From an uncultured Alistipes sp. (GTDB lineage: Bacteria > Bacteroidota > Bacteroidia > Bacteroidales > Rikenellaceae), in assembly GCA_959604655.1 (NCBI GenBank), contig CAUHCL010000001.1, forward strand, positions 954 to 64,953: DNA of 64,000 nt, written 5' to 3'. A program made the position numbers and the translations under genes. Positions within the stretch are counted from its first letter, which is position 1. Each line of letters opens with the position of its first letter. Positions 1 to 9,432 of this stretch are shown one piece after another. The notes beneath the pieces were generated by a model that made no database searches, had not been told where the DNA came from, and was given only the letters and a program-made list of their open reading frames with translations.

Positions 1-8
1 TAATCGTT

Positions 9-1589
9 ATGAAGAGGATATTGTTTTCGGCGTTTTTCGTCGTCGCATGCCTGGGCGCTGCGGCGCAGACGGAGGACGCGGCCGAACAGTTGCAGAAACT
101 CAACCGTTTCTATCGTTACCTGAACGGCATGTATGTCGACACGGTGGAGATGAAACCTCTGGTGGAGAATGCCATTCGCGGCATGCTGTCGGAGCTCGAC
201 CCGCATTCGGTGTATCTCGACGTCGAGGAAATGCGTGCGCAGACCGAGGCTTTCGACGGCGAGTTCAGCGGCATAGGCATAGAGTACAATATCCTCAACG
301 ATTCGATAATCGTGGTCAACACGGTGGTCAACGGGCCTGCCGAGACGGTCGGCATGCGTCCCAACGACCGCATAGTGCTCATCGACGGCGAGAATGCCGT
401 GGGACTGAAACGCAGCGACGTGCCCTCGCGCCTGCGCGGACCCCGCGGGACGAAGGTGAAGATAGGCGTGGCGCGGCGCGGCGTGCCCGAGATACTCGAT
501 TTCGACATTACGCGCGACAATATTCCTCTTAATACGGTGGATGCCGCGTTTCGGGTCGACGAGCGCACGGGTTACATAAAGGTCAACCGATTCGGACGCA
601 CCACCATGCGCGAGTTCCGCGAGGCGATGGCGAAGATGGAGGGTATAGAGGCCCTGATTCTTGACCTGAGCGGCAACGGCGGCGGATTGCTCGACCAGGC
701 CGTGGAGATGGCGGGATATTTCCTGCCCGAAGGGGCTCTGGTGGTGTCGACCGAGGGGCGTGCCGTCTCGCCCGAGCGTTATGCGGCGTCGCGCGGCGGC
801 GGGTTCGGCGGTCGCGTGGCCGTTATTATAAACGAGAACTCGGCCTCGGCGAGCGAGATCGTGGCGGGTGCGTTGCAGGACTGGGACCGTGGCGTGATAG
901 TCGGCCGCGACAGCTTCGGCAAGGGGCTGGTGCAGCGTCAGGTCGCACTGGGCGACGGCTCGGCCGTGAGGATAACCGTGGCGCGCTATCACACCCCTAC
1001 GGGGCGTGTCATACAGCGCCCGTACGAGAACGGCCATAAGGACGAATATTACGAATCGTTCGTGAAGCGTCTGCGCGGCGAGAAGGCCGATTCCACGCAG
1101 ACGGCGGCGGAGCGTCCCGTGTACGAGACTATACGTTCGCATCGAAAGGTCTACGGCGGCGGAGGCATAGAGCCCGACGTGAAGATCGAGGTCGACACCA
1201 CCGACATATCGGACTACATGATGAAGATCGTGGCACAGGGCGTATACGGCGATTTCATAATGACTTACATGGACCGCAACCGCGAGCGGCTGGCCGCCGA
1301 GTATCCCGATTTCGGGAAGTTCGAGGCGGGCTTTGCCTTCGGCGACGAGGATATGAAGCGTTTGACGGATATGGCTGCGGCCAAGGGAGTGGAGTTCGAC
1401 GAGAAGCAGTTCGCCGTATCGAGACGGCTGATCGAAAACCAGCTGACGGCCCTGGTCGCTCAAAGACTCTACACTTCGTCGGAATTTTACCGATATATCA
1501 ATCCTCGTGAGAATGAATATTTTACAAAGGCGCTGGAGATCGTCGGAGGCGACGGCGGGGAGTATGAGTCGATTCTGAAGTTAGAATAA
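9..1589 (+). CDS. ctpA: S41 family carboxyl-terminal processing protease
   Basis: Signal peptide, PDZ region (GIGI), DLSGNGGG, SASASEI catalytic Ser and SFGKG Lys motifs. Confidence 0.9.
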   Translation: MKRILFSAFFVVACLGAAAQTEDAAEQLQKLNRFYRYLNGMYVDTVEMKPLVENAIRGMLSELDPHSVYLDVEEMRAQTEAFDGEFSGIGIEYNILNDSIIVVNTVVNGPAETVGMRPNDRIVLIDGENAVGLKRSDVPSRLRGPRGTKVKIGVARRGVPEILDFDITRDNIPLNTVDAAFRVDERTGYIKVNRFGRTTMREFREAMAKMEGIEALILDLSGNGGGLLDQAVEMAGYFLPEGALVVSTEGRAVSPERYAASRGGGFGGRVAVIINENSASASEIVAGALQDWDRGVIVGRDSFGKGLVQRQVALGDGSAVRITVARYHTPTGRVIQRPYENGHKDEYYESFVKRLRGEKADSTQTAAERPVYETIRSHRKVYGGGGIEPDVKIEVDTTDISDYMMKIVAQGVYGDFIMTYMDRNRERLAAEYPDFGKFEAGFAFGDEDMKRLTDMAAAKGVEFDEKQFAVSRRLIENQLTALVAQRLYTSSEFYRYINPRENEYFTKALEIVGGDGGEYESILKLE

Positions 1590-1658
1590 TTTGGAAACAT
1601 TTGAAAATCGGAAAAAATTTACATATTTTTGGAAATAATTTAACAACCGATTTTCATT

Positions 1659-1964
1659 ATGGTCTCAGAATCTGTATTCGATCGAAACGAAATAAACGAA
1701 GGTTTCGGCGATTCGCTTTTCTCGAAGATGATAAAGGCGGGACACCGCACCTACTTTCTGGATGTGAAGGCTACGCGTGCAAACGATTATTTCCTGACTA
1801 TAACCGAATTGCGTAAGAAAATCACTCCGCGCGGGATAGAGAACGAACGCAACAAGGTTTTTCTTTACAAGGAGGATTTCGAGAAGTTCGCCTGCTGTTT
1901 CGCCGAGACGATGGAGTTCGTGCGGACCATTTCGGAAGCCGATGGTTGCAAATCGAAAGGATAA
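1659..1964 (+). CDS. PUR-family DNA/RNA-binding protein (DUF3276)
   Basis: SKMIKAGHRTYFLDVKATRANDYFLTITE...KVFLYKEDF, typical of bacterial PUR proteins. Confidence 0.85.
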   Translation: MVSESVFDRNEINEGFGDSLFSKMIKAGHRTYFLDVKATRANDYFLTITELRKKITPRGIENERNKVFLYKEDFEKFACCFAETMEFVRTISEADGCKSKG

Positions 1965-1979
1965 TCAAAACGAAAGCAG

Positions 1980-3005
1980 GTGGAGCAAAAGCGCGAAAAG
2001 GTGATATTGGGTTTCAGCGGCGGTATGGACAGCGTTACTGCCGCTCGTTTTTTGTCGGAGCGCGGCTTCGGGGTCGTGGCTCTCACGCTCGACACGACGG
2101 GCGATGCCGAGCTCGTCGGGCGTGCCCGTGCCGCTGCGGCCGAGATCGGTGTCGAACATGCGGTGATGGATGTGCGGAGCGTCTTTGCCGAGGAAATAGT
2201 GGATTATTTCGTTGGCAGTTACTTGTCGGGGCGTACGCCGTCGCCGTGCGTGAGGTGCAATCCGCTTATAAAGTGGCGCTTTCTGATAGAGGAAGCCGAT
2301 CGGCGGGGCGTGCGGTTCGTGGCCACGGGCCATTACTTCAATATAGTCGAATACAACGGCCGATTCTACGTGTCGCGGGCCGATGATCGGACCAAGGACC
2401 AGTCCTATTATCTGTGGGGATTGTCGCAGGCAGTGCTTGCGCGGGCGCTGACGCCGATGGGGCATGTGATGAAAAGCGACATAAGGGCGGCGTTCGTCGA
2501 CAAGCGCGAGAGCATGGGGCTGTGTTTTCTGCAAGGCAGCGGCTGCCGCGAGTTCATCGAACGGCACTGCCCTGCCGCCTCGTGCAGGGGCGATATCGTC
2601 GACGTGCAGGGGCGCGTGGTCGGGAAGCACGACGGTACGGCATTCTATACCATAGGTCAGAAACGCGGCCTGGAGGGCGTGGCTGGACGGCCCGTGGTGG
2701 CCATCGACGCCGAGCGTAACAGGCTGGTGGTAGGCGATGACGCGGATTTATATTATCGGATACTTGAAGTAGGCAGCTGCAACATCGTTTACGAAGATGA
2801 GTTCATGACGGCTGCCGACATAGAGGTAGTCATTCGCGGCGTGGGACGTAATCCTGAGGGGTATATGCTTGGGGCGGAACGAATTGCGGGCGGTTACCGC
2901 ATACGGCTCGACGGCGCCGCATGGGCACCCGCCGCGGGACAGCCCGCGGTGTTCTATCGCGGCGACCGCGTGATAGGCGGCGGGATCGTGGAGAGGTATT
3001 ATTAG
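1980..3005 (+). CDS. mnmA: tRNA 2-thiouridylase MnmA
   Basis: SGGMDS PP-loop, PCVRCN, ATGHY, KDQSY, ESMGLCF, YTIGQKRGL; GTG start. Confidence 0.9.
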   Translation: MEQKREKVILGFSGGMDSVTAARFLSERGFGVVALTLDTTGDAELVGRARAAAAEIGVEHAVMDVRSVFAEEIVDYFVGSYLSGRTPSPCVRCNPLIKWRFLIEEADRRGVRFVATGHYFNIVEYNGRFYVSRADDRTKDQSYYLWGLSQAVLARALTPMGHVMKSDIRAAFVDKRESMGLCFLQGSGCREFIERHCPAASCRGDIVDVQGRVVGKHDGTAFYTIGQKRGLEGVAGRPVVAIDAERNRLVVGDDADLYYRILEVGSCNIVYEDEFMTAADIEVVIRGVGRNPEGYMLGAERIAGGYRIRLDGAAWAPAAGQPAVFYRGDRVIGGGIVERYY

Positions 3006-3753
3006 GGCGGCGGCGGGCGGCAAAATGCAGGCGGACCTGCTGTCGCCCTCGCTTGTTCGTAATCTTTATGTAGCCCGAAATAAATTCGTTGATTACAAAT
3101 CAAATTAGAGAAATTAATTATGAAAAGGCAAAGGATAGGCAGTTGGTAAGCCACCCACTTCGGTTGTCACTTACTCAAATAACTCAAGACAGATATCGGG
3201 ATAATTTTTCGAACAGCGGGAAACTCATAAATACCCATTCGGAGTCAATCTGAATATAATTGAAATAGGGGCCCTTTTTTGTATTGAACGGCTTTCGTGG
3301 CAGGTATTATGGGGTCGGTGCTCACGAATATTAGCAGTATTGCATTTAGCTTGCGGTGACCATCGTTCTGATGACCTCGCTTCTGATTGCCATGATGCTC
3401 ATGCCGTTCATGCAATTCCGTTTGTCTGCAAATAGGTCGAAATCGGGAGGACGGAAGGCAAGAAAAAGCTTTCGTTTCATGATCTGTTGCAATCGGGTGA
3501 CTGTGCGCCGGCGGCCTGCTTCCGTCATCCATGCGCTACGGAGGCGGAATGGACGTTTTTCGTGTCTACTTTTATACAAACTATGTAACAGTCCGTTTTT
3601 ACAGACTGTTACATTGAATCGGAGGTGTTCGCACCCGCGCCTCTCGTTTTTACCGAAACCCTATTTCATTCTCCGTTAAGGTGTTTCGGGGAGGGCCTAT
3701 CCGAGTTTCTGCCTGCCGAAGATGCAAATCGGGCCCCGACATATGTCGGACCT

Positions 3754-4710
3754 TTATAACGGGACGTTGACGTTGCCGCCTGTTCCTGAAATCCAGTCGG
3801 TGATGCTCGGATTCGAAATAGTGATCGCCGTACGGGTCACGTTGACGGCGTAGGTGTATTTGGTCGCAGGCGCGAAAGTCGTGGTCCCGATCGCCGTGGC
3901 GGGCACGCTGACCGCCGTTCCCGCTTCACTCAGGTTGACGGCGAGGGTGGGCGACGTATAGGTACCCGGCAAGATCAGCAGGTAGAGCTTGGCGGGGGTG
4001 GCAGACAGGGTCGGAGGTGTGACGGGCGTCGCCGTGACGGTGTTGGCCGTGGTTCCTGCGGTGATCGCGCCCGTGGCCAGGTTGATGGTCGAAGTCGTGG
4101 CGTCGCTCGTAATCAACGCTCCGCCCGACGATACCGCGGTGATGAAATTGGTCAGCGTCGTGTTGGCTGCAAAACCCGTGACGGAGATATCGAACTCGAT
4201 CAGGGTCAGGGCATGGGTGAAGACGAGCGAGACCGAGTAGGGAGCCGATGCGGGACGTGTGACGCCCGTGGTCCATGCGTTGTTCGAGATCAGGAAATCC
4301 TTCGTCGGATCGATCGTGCCTGTCTGTCCGACCAGCGAAGGCAGTTTGACGGCCGTGTAAGTCGTATTTGCAGCGGCATAAGGCGCATAACCGAGGAATT
4401 TGTGGGCTGTGGTGCCGTCGGTCCAGTACAGATTGGTGGAGGTGGTCCATGCCGTACCGTTGTAGGAATACTGCACATTGGCGGGAGGATTGCCCGTGGG
4501 GCGGTCGACATAGACTCCGATGGCGTCGCCCGAGATCCAGGAAGCGGTGCTCCCCGAATAGGCGGTACGTGTGGCCATGTCCTCGGAAACGATCGAAGGA
4601 GAGATCCGTATCACGTTATCGGTCTGTTCCGAATCCCGAGGGCATACGTCGTCTTTGTCGCAGGCCGCCCATCCGAAGGCCACGCAAGCGAGTAGAATAA
4701 TTTTTTTCAT
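3754..4710 (-). CDS. Fimbrillin-family (type V pilin) lipoprotein
   Basis: Lipobox WAAC-DKD, TR propeptide cleavage motif (MATRTAY), GDAIGV, YAPY, FTHALT, C-terminal ITDW strand; Thr-rich. Confidence 0.8.
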   Translation of the reverse strand: MKKIILLACVAFGWAACDKDDVCPRDSEQTDNVIRISPSIVSEDMATRTAYSGSTASWISGDAIGVYVDRPTGNPPANVQYSYNGTAWTTSTNLYWTDGTTAHKFLGYAPYAAANTTYTAVKLPSLVGQTGTIDPTKDFLISNNAWTTGVTRPASAPYSVSLVFTHALTLIEFDISVTGFAANTTLTNFITAVSSGGALITSDATTSTINLATGAITAGTTANTVTATPVTPPTLSATPAKLYLLILPGTYTSPTLAVNLSEAGTAVSVPATAIGTTTFAPATKYTYAVNVTRTAITISNPSITDWISGTGGNVNVPL

Positions 4711-4739
4711 AATGGCTTGAATTTGGTTTATTGAATTAT

Positions 4740-5714
4740 TTACAGTATATCGATCAGACCGTTGCCGATCTGCACGCTGAAAGAATACATGTATCCTGGA
4801 CGGAAATTGGTTACATTGAGCGGCATCACCGCGGTCTGCTGGTTGCCTCCCAGCAGCGAGGTGACCTGCACCTGAACCGACGGGTTCAGCAGACCCGTCC
4901 CCGTATATTGGCCCGGCAGTACGAGCGCATAAACGGTGATCGGAATACTGCCGAGCAGCCCCGTCGAAGCGATCGGTCGGGTGACCGCCCGTGAAAAATT
5001 GGCCGCCGTATTATTGGCCGTCGTAACCGACAGCGAACGTGCGACGAGGTCGTAACCCACCGTGGAAACCGTGTTTACCGTATTGAACATTCCGTACGGC
5101 TTATCGGGACTCACGGTCGTGTTGCCGCCACGGAGCGTCATAGATTTAAGGGTGTAGGTAGAAAGCAGCGAGGTGGAGATCGTAAATTTAAGCAGGCTGA
5201 AAGCGTGGGAGAACGCCGCGGAACCGATAAACGCCACGGCGTTGCCGCCCGTACCGCGCACCTGCGTTTTGGGGCCTGCGACGAGCATGTCGGCATTCAC
5301 GTCGGGCACAGACCCGAACGTCTGGTTGGCCAGTATCGGTATCGAGACCACATTGCCGTTATTGGCGGCATTGTACGGATAATAGGCATAAAAGGTATGC
5401 GTGGCCGTGGAGTTGAACCAGTACATGGTCGTGGCAGCAGGAGTGGTCCACGTCATCGAGGAACCGCTGCCCGAGGCGGTGTAGGGCACGTTGCTGCGCT
5501 GCGTCAGCGTTTCCGACACCCCGATCCTATCCCCTGCGATGAACGAGGCCGTGGCGCCGTTCATCGACGTTCGGGTCAAGGAGTCGGTATCGTCGTCATG
5601 AGGCATCTGCGCCTGAATTACGACACGCTCCGCCCCCTGAAGTCGGAGATCATCTTCTTTGGAACACCCCATCGAACCGATCGTAAGACAAATTGCAAAA
5701 ACCGACTTATTCAT
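4740..5714 (-). CDS. Fimbrillin-family (type V pilin) lipoprotein
   Basis: Lipobox MGC-SKE, LTRTS motif, GDRIGV, FYAYYPY, FSHAFS, FRPGYMYSF. Confidence 0.8.
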   Translation of the reverse strand: MNKSVFAICLTIGSMGCSKEDDLRLQGAERVVIQAQMPHDDDTDSLTRTSMNGATASFIAGDRIGVSETLTQRSNVPYTASGSGSSMTWTTPAATTMYWFNSTATHTFYAYYPYNAANNGNVVSIPILANQTFGSVPDVNADMLVAGPKTQVRGTGGNAVAFIGSAAFSHAFSLLKFTISTSLLSTYTLKSMTLRGGNTTVSPDKPYGMFNTVNTVSTVGYDLVARSLSVTTANNTAANFSRAVTRPIASTGLLGSIPITVYALVLPGQYTGTGLLNPSVQVQVTSLLGGNQQTAVMPLNVTNFRPGYMYSFSVQIGNGLIDIL

Positions 5715-6198
5715 AGTCGCATAGTGTTATTTACATACGATCAATACATAAATTTTGCCGAAGTTCGTGCAATACATTTCGACCCACGATTTTTTACGGC
5801 GGCATCGTTGGGTCGGTTATGTATCGCTTTTGATAGTGTCGGTTCCTGCTCTTCCGACAACCGCCCGTTTGCGATGCCGGTCCTCACTTGCGTTCGGTGG
5901 CATGACGCAGTATGTTGCAGTCCGCAGGTTGCGATCCGAAAACATTTCATCAATGCACATGCGGCAGCCTCACCCGCGACAGAAGCGATTTCGGATAAAG
6001 GGCGGCCGCAGCGACGGAGCGAAAAGAATCGGAAATCTTTTGATTGCTTCAAAAGTGCCGTAGGCATCCGATTCAGCGAAGGCGCTGTGGCCGACCCCGA
6101 AATCGTTTCACCGCGGCGGTTTTTCGGTTACCTTTTGTTCACACAAAAGGTAACGTAAGAAAAATCATTAAGAGAAATATTGCGGCTTTTTGAGCCGC

Positions 6199-6261
6199 GC
6201 AGTTCGCCGCCGCCCCATTGCGGCGGACTGCTGTCGCACTCCGACCGCCGTCGGCGAACAG
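6199..6261 (-). repeat. Family A dispersed palindromic repeat, partial copy
   Basis: gcagttcgccgccgcccc..cggcggactg..ccgccgtcggcgaacag is the reverse complement of the family A core; the terminal hairpin is absent. Confidence 0.8.
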
Positions 6262-6301
6262 CAGGATTATTTCACACGCGCTCGGCAAAACCGCAAATAA
6301 A

Positions 6302-6334
6302 TTTGCTTTTGCACTCGGCTTATTCGTATCTTTG
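6302..6334 (+). promoter_or_regulatory. Bacteroidota sigma-70 promoter
   Basis: TTTG (6302-6305), 21-nt spacer, TATCTTTG (6327-6334), upstream of the ATG at 6363. Confidence 0.65.
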
Positions 6335-6362
6335 TGCCACAATAACAAAACGTAATCGAAAG

Positions 6363-6971
6363 ATGAATTGGGTAAAACGTTTGTATGACTGGATGCTCTC
6401 GTGGGGTAATTCGCGCTGGGGCGCATTGGCGCTGTTCTGTTTCGCGTTCGCGGAGTCGAGTTTCTTTCCCATACCGCCCGATGTGCTGCTTATAGCGTTG
6501 TGTCTGGGCGTTACGGCGCGCTCGTTCCGTTATGCGGCCATATGCCTTGCGGGTTCTATTGTAGGTGCCATGGCGGGATATGCGCTCGGATTCTTTCTGT
6601 GGCAGAACACCGCGGGCGAATACACGGCCCTCGCCCAGTTCTTTTTCAATCACGTGTTCTCGATGGAGAGCTTCCTGAAGGTGGGCGCGCTCTATGACCG
6701 ATACAATTTCTGGATAGTCTTCACGGCGGGGTTCACTCCCCTGCCCTATAAGCTGTTCACCATAACGGGCGGGCTGTTCCACATAAATTTCACGATGTTC
6801 CTGCTGGCGTCGGTTGTGTCGCGCGGAATGCGTTTCTTCGTCATAGCATGGTTGATATGGCGGTTCGGAGCTCCGATCAAACGGTTCATCGACAAGTATT
6901 TCAATCTGCTGGCCATAGCGTTCACGGTGTTGCTCATCGGGTCGTTCGTGCTGGTGGCCAAACTGTTATAG
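6363..6971 (+). CDS. YqaA/DedA family membrane protein
   Basis: AFAESSFFPIPPD and AGFTPLPYK motifs; start moved to ATG 6363. Confidence 0.85.
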   Translation: MNWVKRLYDWMLSWGNSRWGALALFCFAFAESSFFPIPPDVLLIALCLGVTARSFRYAAICLAGSIVGAMAGYALGFFLWQNTAGEYTALAQFFFNHVFSMESFLKVGALYDRYNFWIVFTAGFTPLPYKLFTITGGLFHINFTMFLLASVVSRGMRFFVIAWLIWRFGAPIKRFIDKYFNLLAIAFTVLLIGSFVLVAKLL

Positions 6972-6973
6972 TC

Positions 6974-7714
6974 ATGAGGCGATTCGGACTCATAGGCCGC
7001 ACGCTGGGCCATTCTTTTTCGGCGAAGTATTTCACGGAGAAATTCGAACGCGAGGGGCTGGCCGCAGAGTGCTCGTACGGACTTTTCGAACTGCCCGACA
7101 TCGCGTGCGTCGAGGATCTTATCGCCTCGACTCCCGATCTGGCGGGTTTCAACGTGACCATACCTTACAAACGCGAGGTCATACCCTATCTGGATTCGCT
7201 GAGCGATGAGGCGCGGAACATAGGCGCTGTTAACTGCGTGAAGATCATGCCCGACGGGAAACGCGCGGGTTACAACACCGATGTGGACGGCATCCGACTG
7301 TCGCTCGACAAGCTGTTGGGCGGCGCGGAGGTCGATGCGGCTCTGGTGCTCGGCACGGGCGGTGCGGCGCAGGCGGTGCAATATGTGCTCGCGGAGCGCG
7401 ACATACCGTTCACCATCGTGTCGCGCGACAGGGCGAAGGGCAACATGTCGTACGACGACCTGTCGCAGGAGACGGTGGCGGACCATCATCTGATAATAAA
7501 CGCCTCGCCCGTGGGGATGTATCCGCATGTCGGGGAGGCGCCGAATATCCCCTATGACGGCCTGACCGACCGTCACTACATGTTCGATCTGGTATACAAC
7601 CCGCCCCTCACGCGTTTTCTCGAATCGGGCGCGCGGCGCGGTGCGCATACCATTTCGGGGCTGGATATGCTCTACGCCCAGGCCGAGGCGGCGTGGGCGG
7701 TGTGGAACGAATAA
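6974..7714 (+). CDS. aroE: Shikimate dehydrogenase
   Basis: GHSFS, NVTIPYK, GAVNC, YNTD, GTGGAA, DLVYNP. Confidence 0.92.
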   Translation: MRRFGLIGRTLGHSFSAKYFTEKFEREGLAAECSYGLFELPDIACVEDLIASTPDLAGFNVTIPYKREVIPYLDSLSDEARNIGAVNCVKIMPDGKRAGYNTDVDGIRLSLDKLLGGAEVDAALVLGTGGAAQAVQYVLAERDIPFTIVSRDRAKGNMSYDDLSQETVADHHLIINASPVGMYPHVGEAPNIPYDGLTDRHYMFDLVYNPPLTRFLESGARRGAHTISGLDMLYAQAEAAWAVWNE

Positions 7715-7715
7715 G

Positions 7716-7934
7716 CTATTCGTTGGTGTAGGCGTCGAGAACTTCCTCGGCCTTGGCGCGGTCCTCGTTGCGGATGACCAGCTGCGCGGGCGCGAACCCG
7801 ATGGGATATACGGCGGCCATGATCTCGTTGCGTATCATGGCGTAGATGCCTGCCCCTTCGAGCAGCGATTTGTCCCATTCGGCCTCGTTGACCGAGTCGT
7901 ATTCGCGGATGACGATCAAATTATCCTCTTCCAT
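7716..7934 (-). CDS. DUF2007-like small protein
   Basis: EAEWDKSLLEGAGI...LVIRNEDRAKAEEVL pattern. Confidence 0.7.
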   Translation of the reverse strand: MEEDNLIVIREYDSVNEAEWDKSLLEGAGIYAMIRNEIMAAVYPIGFAPAQLVIRNEDRAKAEEVLDAYTNE

Positions 7935-8112
7935 AGTCTTGTCGGTTTTATGGCGCCCGCCCGAGAAGCGTCTCGGACGATCGCATCATAAAGTTAAGCG
8001 TTTTTTGTTGATAACTTGCAATGAGCAAACCAAAATATTCGATATTTTATCCATATATTTGTAAAAGCGACGCGGCGGGAGTGCTGCGCCGCTTAACTTG
8101 CGGAGTGTCAAT

Positions 8113-9411
8113 ATGAAGGGTTTTATCAAAATAATCGTGTCGGCGATCGTCGCGGCGGTGGCTGCGGGAGGTGTCCTCGCATTCCGCGCGGGCGGCACGG
8201 CGGCTGCGGGATTCGATGTCGGGAGGATGGTTCTGGCCGACAGCGTTATCGGGCATGCCATCTCGGACGGGGTGTTCCCCGGGGCCGTGCTGTGCGTGGT
8301 GCGCCGCGCCGCGGACGGCAGGTCGGCGGGCGACATACTCTATCTGAAGGCGTACGGCAACAGGCAGGTGTGTTCGGCGGCGGATCCCGTGAGCGGCGAG
8401 CCGCAGGGCGATACGATACCAATGACGACCGACGCCGTGTTCGACCTCGCGTCGTTGAGCAAGTGCGTGGGCACTACCCTCGCGTTCATGCGTCTGGTGG
8501 AGGACGGCAAGGTGAGACTTACGGACGATGCGGCGCTTTATATACCCGATTTCAAGCCGTGGAGCGACAAGGCGGGTGCGAAGAAGGCCATCACGGTGAA
8601 ACATCTGCTGACCCATACTTCGGGGCTGCCCGCGGGAATATATGTGCCGACGTTCGTGTCGCGATACGAGAAGCGCGGCGACATAGAGAAGATGAATTTG
8701 CGCGATTCGCTCGCGGGGTACATCGCCCGCGATGCCGCGCGACTGTCGCGTCCGGGCGATGAGTTGCGTTACAGCTGCCTGAACTTCATAGCGTTGCAGG
8801 CCATAATAGAACGCGTCACGGGCGAGCGCATGGACCGTTATGCCGACCGCGAGATATTCCGCCCGCTGGGGCTCGAAAATACGTGGTACAACGCCCTCGA
8901 CGATGCCGAGCGGCCTTTCGCGGCCGACACTCCCGTCGTGCCGACCACGATTGCGGACGGCAAGGTGCTGTGCGGGGAGGTGCACGACCCCACCGCCCGC
9001 ATAGTGAACCGAGGCGTGTCGGGGAATGCGGGACTCTTCTCCACGGCCGAGGATCTGGCCGTCGTGGCGTCGATGCTCATGAACGGCGGGGCGATAGACT
9101 ATCCCGAGCAGGGGCGGCACGTGCGCGTGCTGTCGCGGCGGGCCGTGGATACCTTTTTCCGCATCCCGTCGGGATTCGAACCCTTCGGCCGCGCATTGGG
9201 ATGGGATACGGGTTCCTCGACGGAGGGCGATCTCTTTACCGAGGGCCGCACCGTGAACCATACGGGATATACGGGCACGTCGATGATGATGGATCTCGAC
9301 GAAGGCGTGGCCGTGATTTTGCTTACCAACCGCGTGCATCCGTTCGACAAGGGGAGCGTTGCGCGCACGAGAGCCGTGATAGCCAACATAGTGGCGTCGG
9401 CTTTGGATTGA
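8113..9411 (+). CDS. Serine hydrolase (beta-lactamase class C-like)
   Basis: FDLASLSK (SxxK), LLTHTSG, YSCLN, HTGYTG; signal peptide. Confidence 0.88.
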   Translation: MKGFIKIIVSAIVAAVAAGGVLAFRAGGTAAAGFDVGRMVLADSVIGHAISDGVFPGAVLCVVRRAADGRSAGDILYLKAYGNRQVCSAADPVSGEPQGDTIPMTTDAVFDLASLSKCVGTTLAFMRLVEDGKVRLTDDAALYIPDFKPWSDKAGAKKAITVKHLLTHTSGLPAGIYVPTFVSRYEKRGDIEKMNLRDSLAGYIARDAARLSRPGDELRYSCLNFIALQAIIERVTGERMDRYADREIFRPLGLENTWYNALDDAERPFAADTPVVPTTIADGKVLCGEVHDPTARIVNRGVSGNAGLFSTAEDLAVVASMLMNGGAIDYPEQGRHVRVLSRRAVDTFFRIPSGFEPFGRALGWDTGSSTEGDLFTEGRTVNHTGYTGTSMMMDLDEGVAVILLTNRVHPFDKGSVARTRAVIANIVASALD

Positions 9412-9432
9412 TAACGGATAATTATTTGATAT

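Noticed and set aside
5715..6180. Invertible promoter upstream of the fimbrillins
   Set aside because: Only local hairpins (e.g. ~5781-5816). I could not see a flanking inverted-repeat pair around a promoter, nor a recombinase.
8113..9411. Antibiotic-resistance beta-lactamase
   Set aside because: The motifs (YSCLN, HTGYTG, GEVHDP) fit generic esterase or peptidoglycan-related serine hydrolases, and there is no mobile context.
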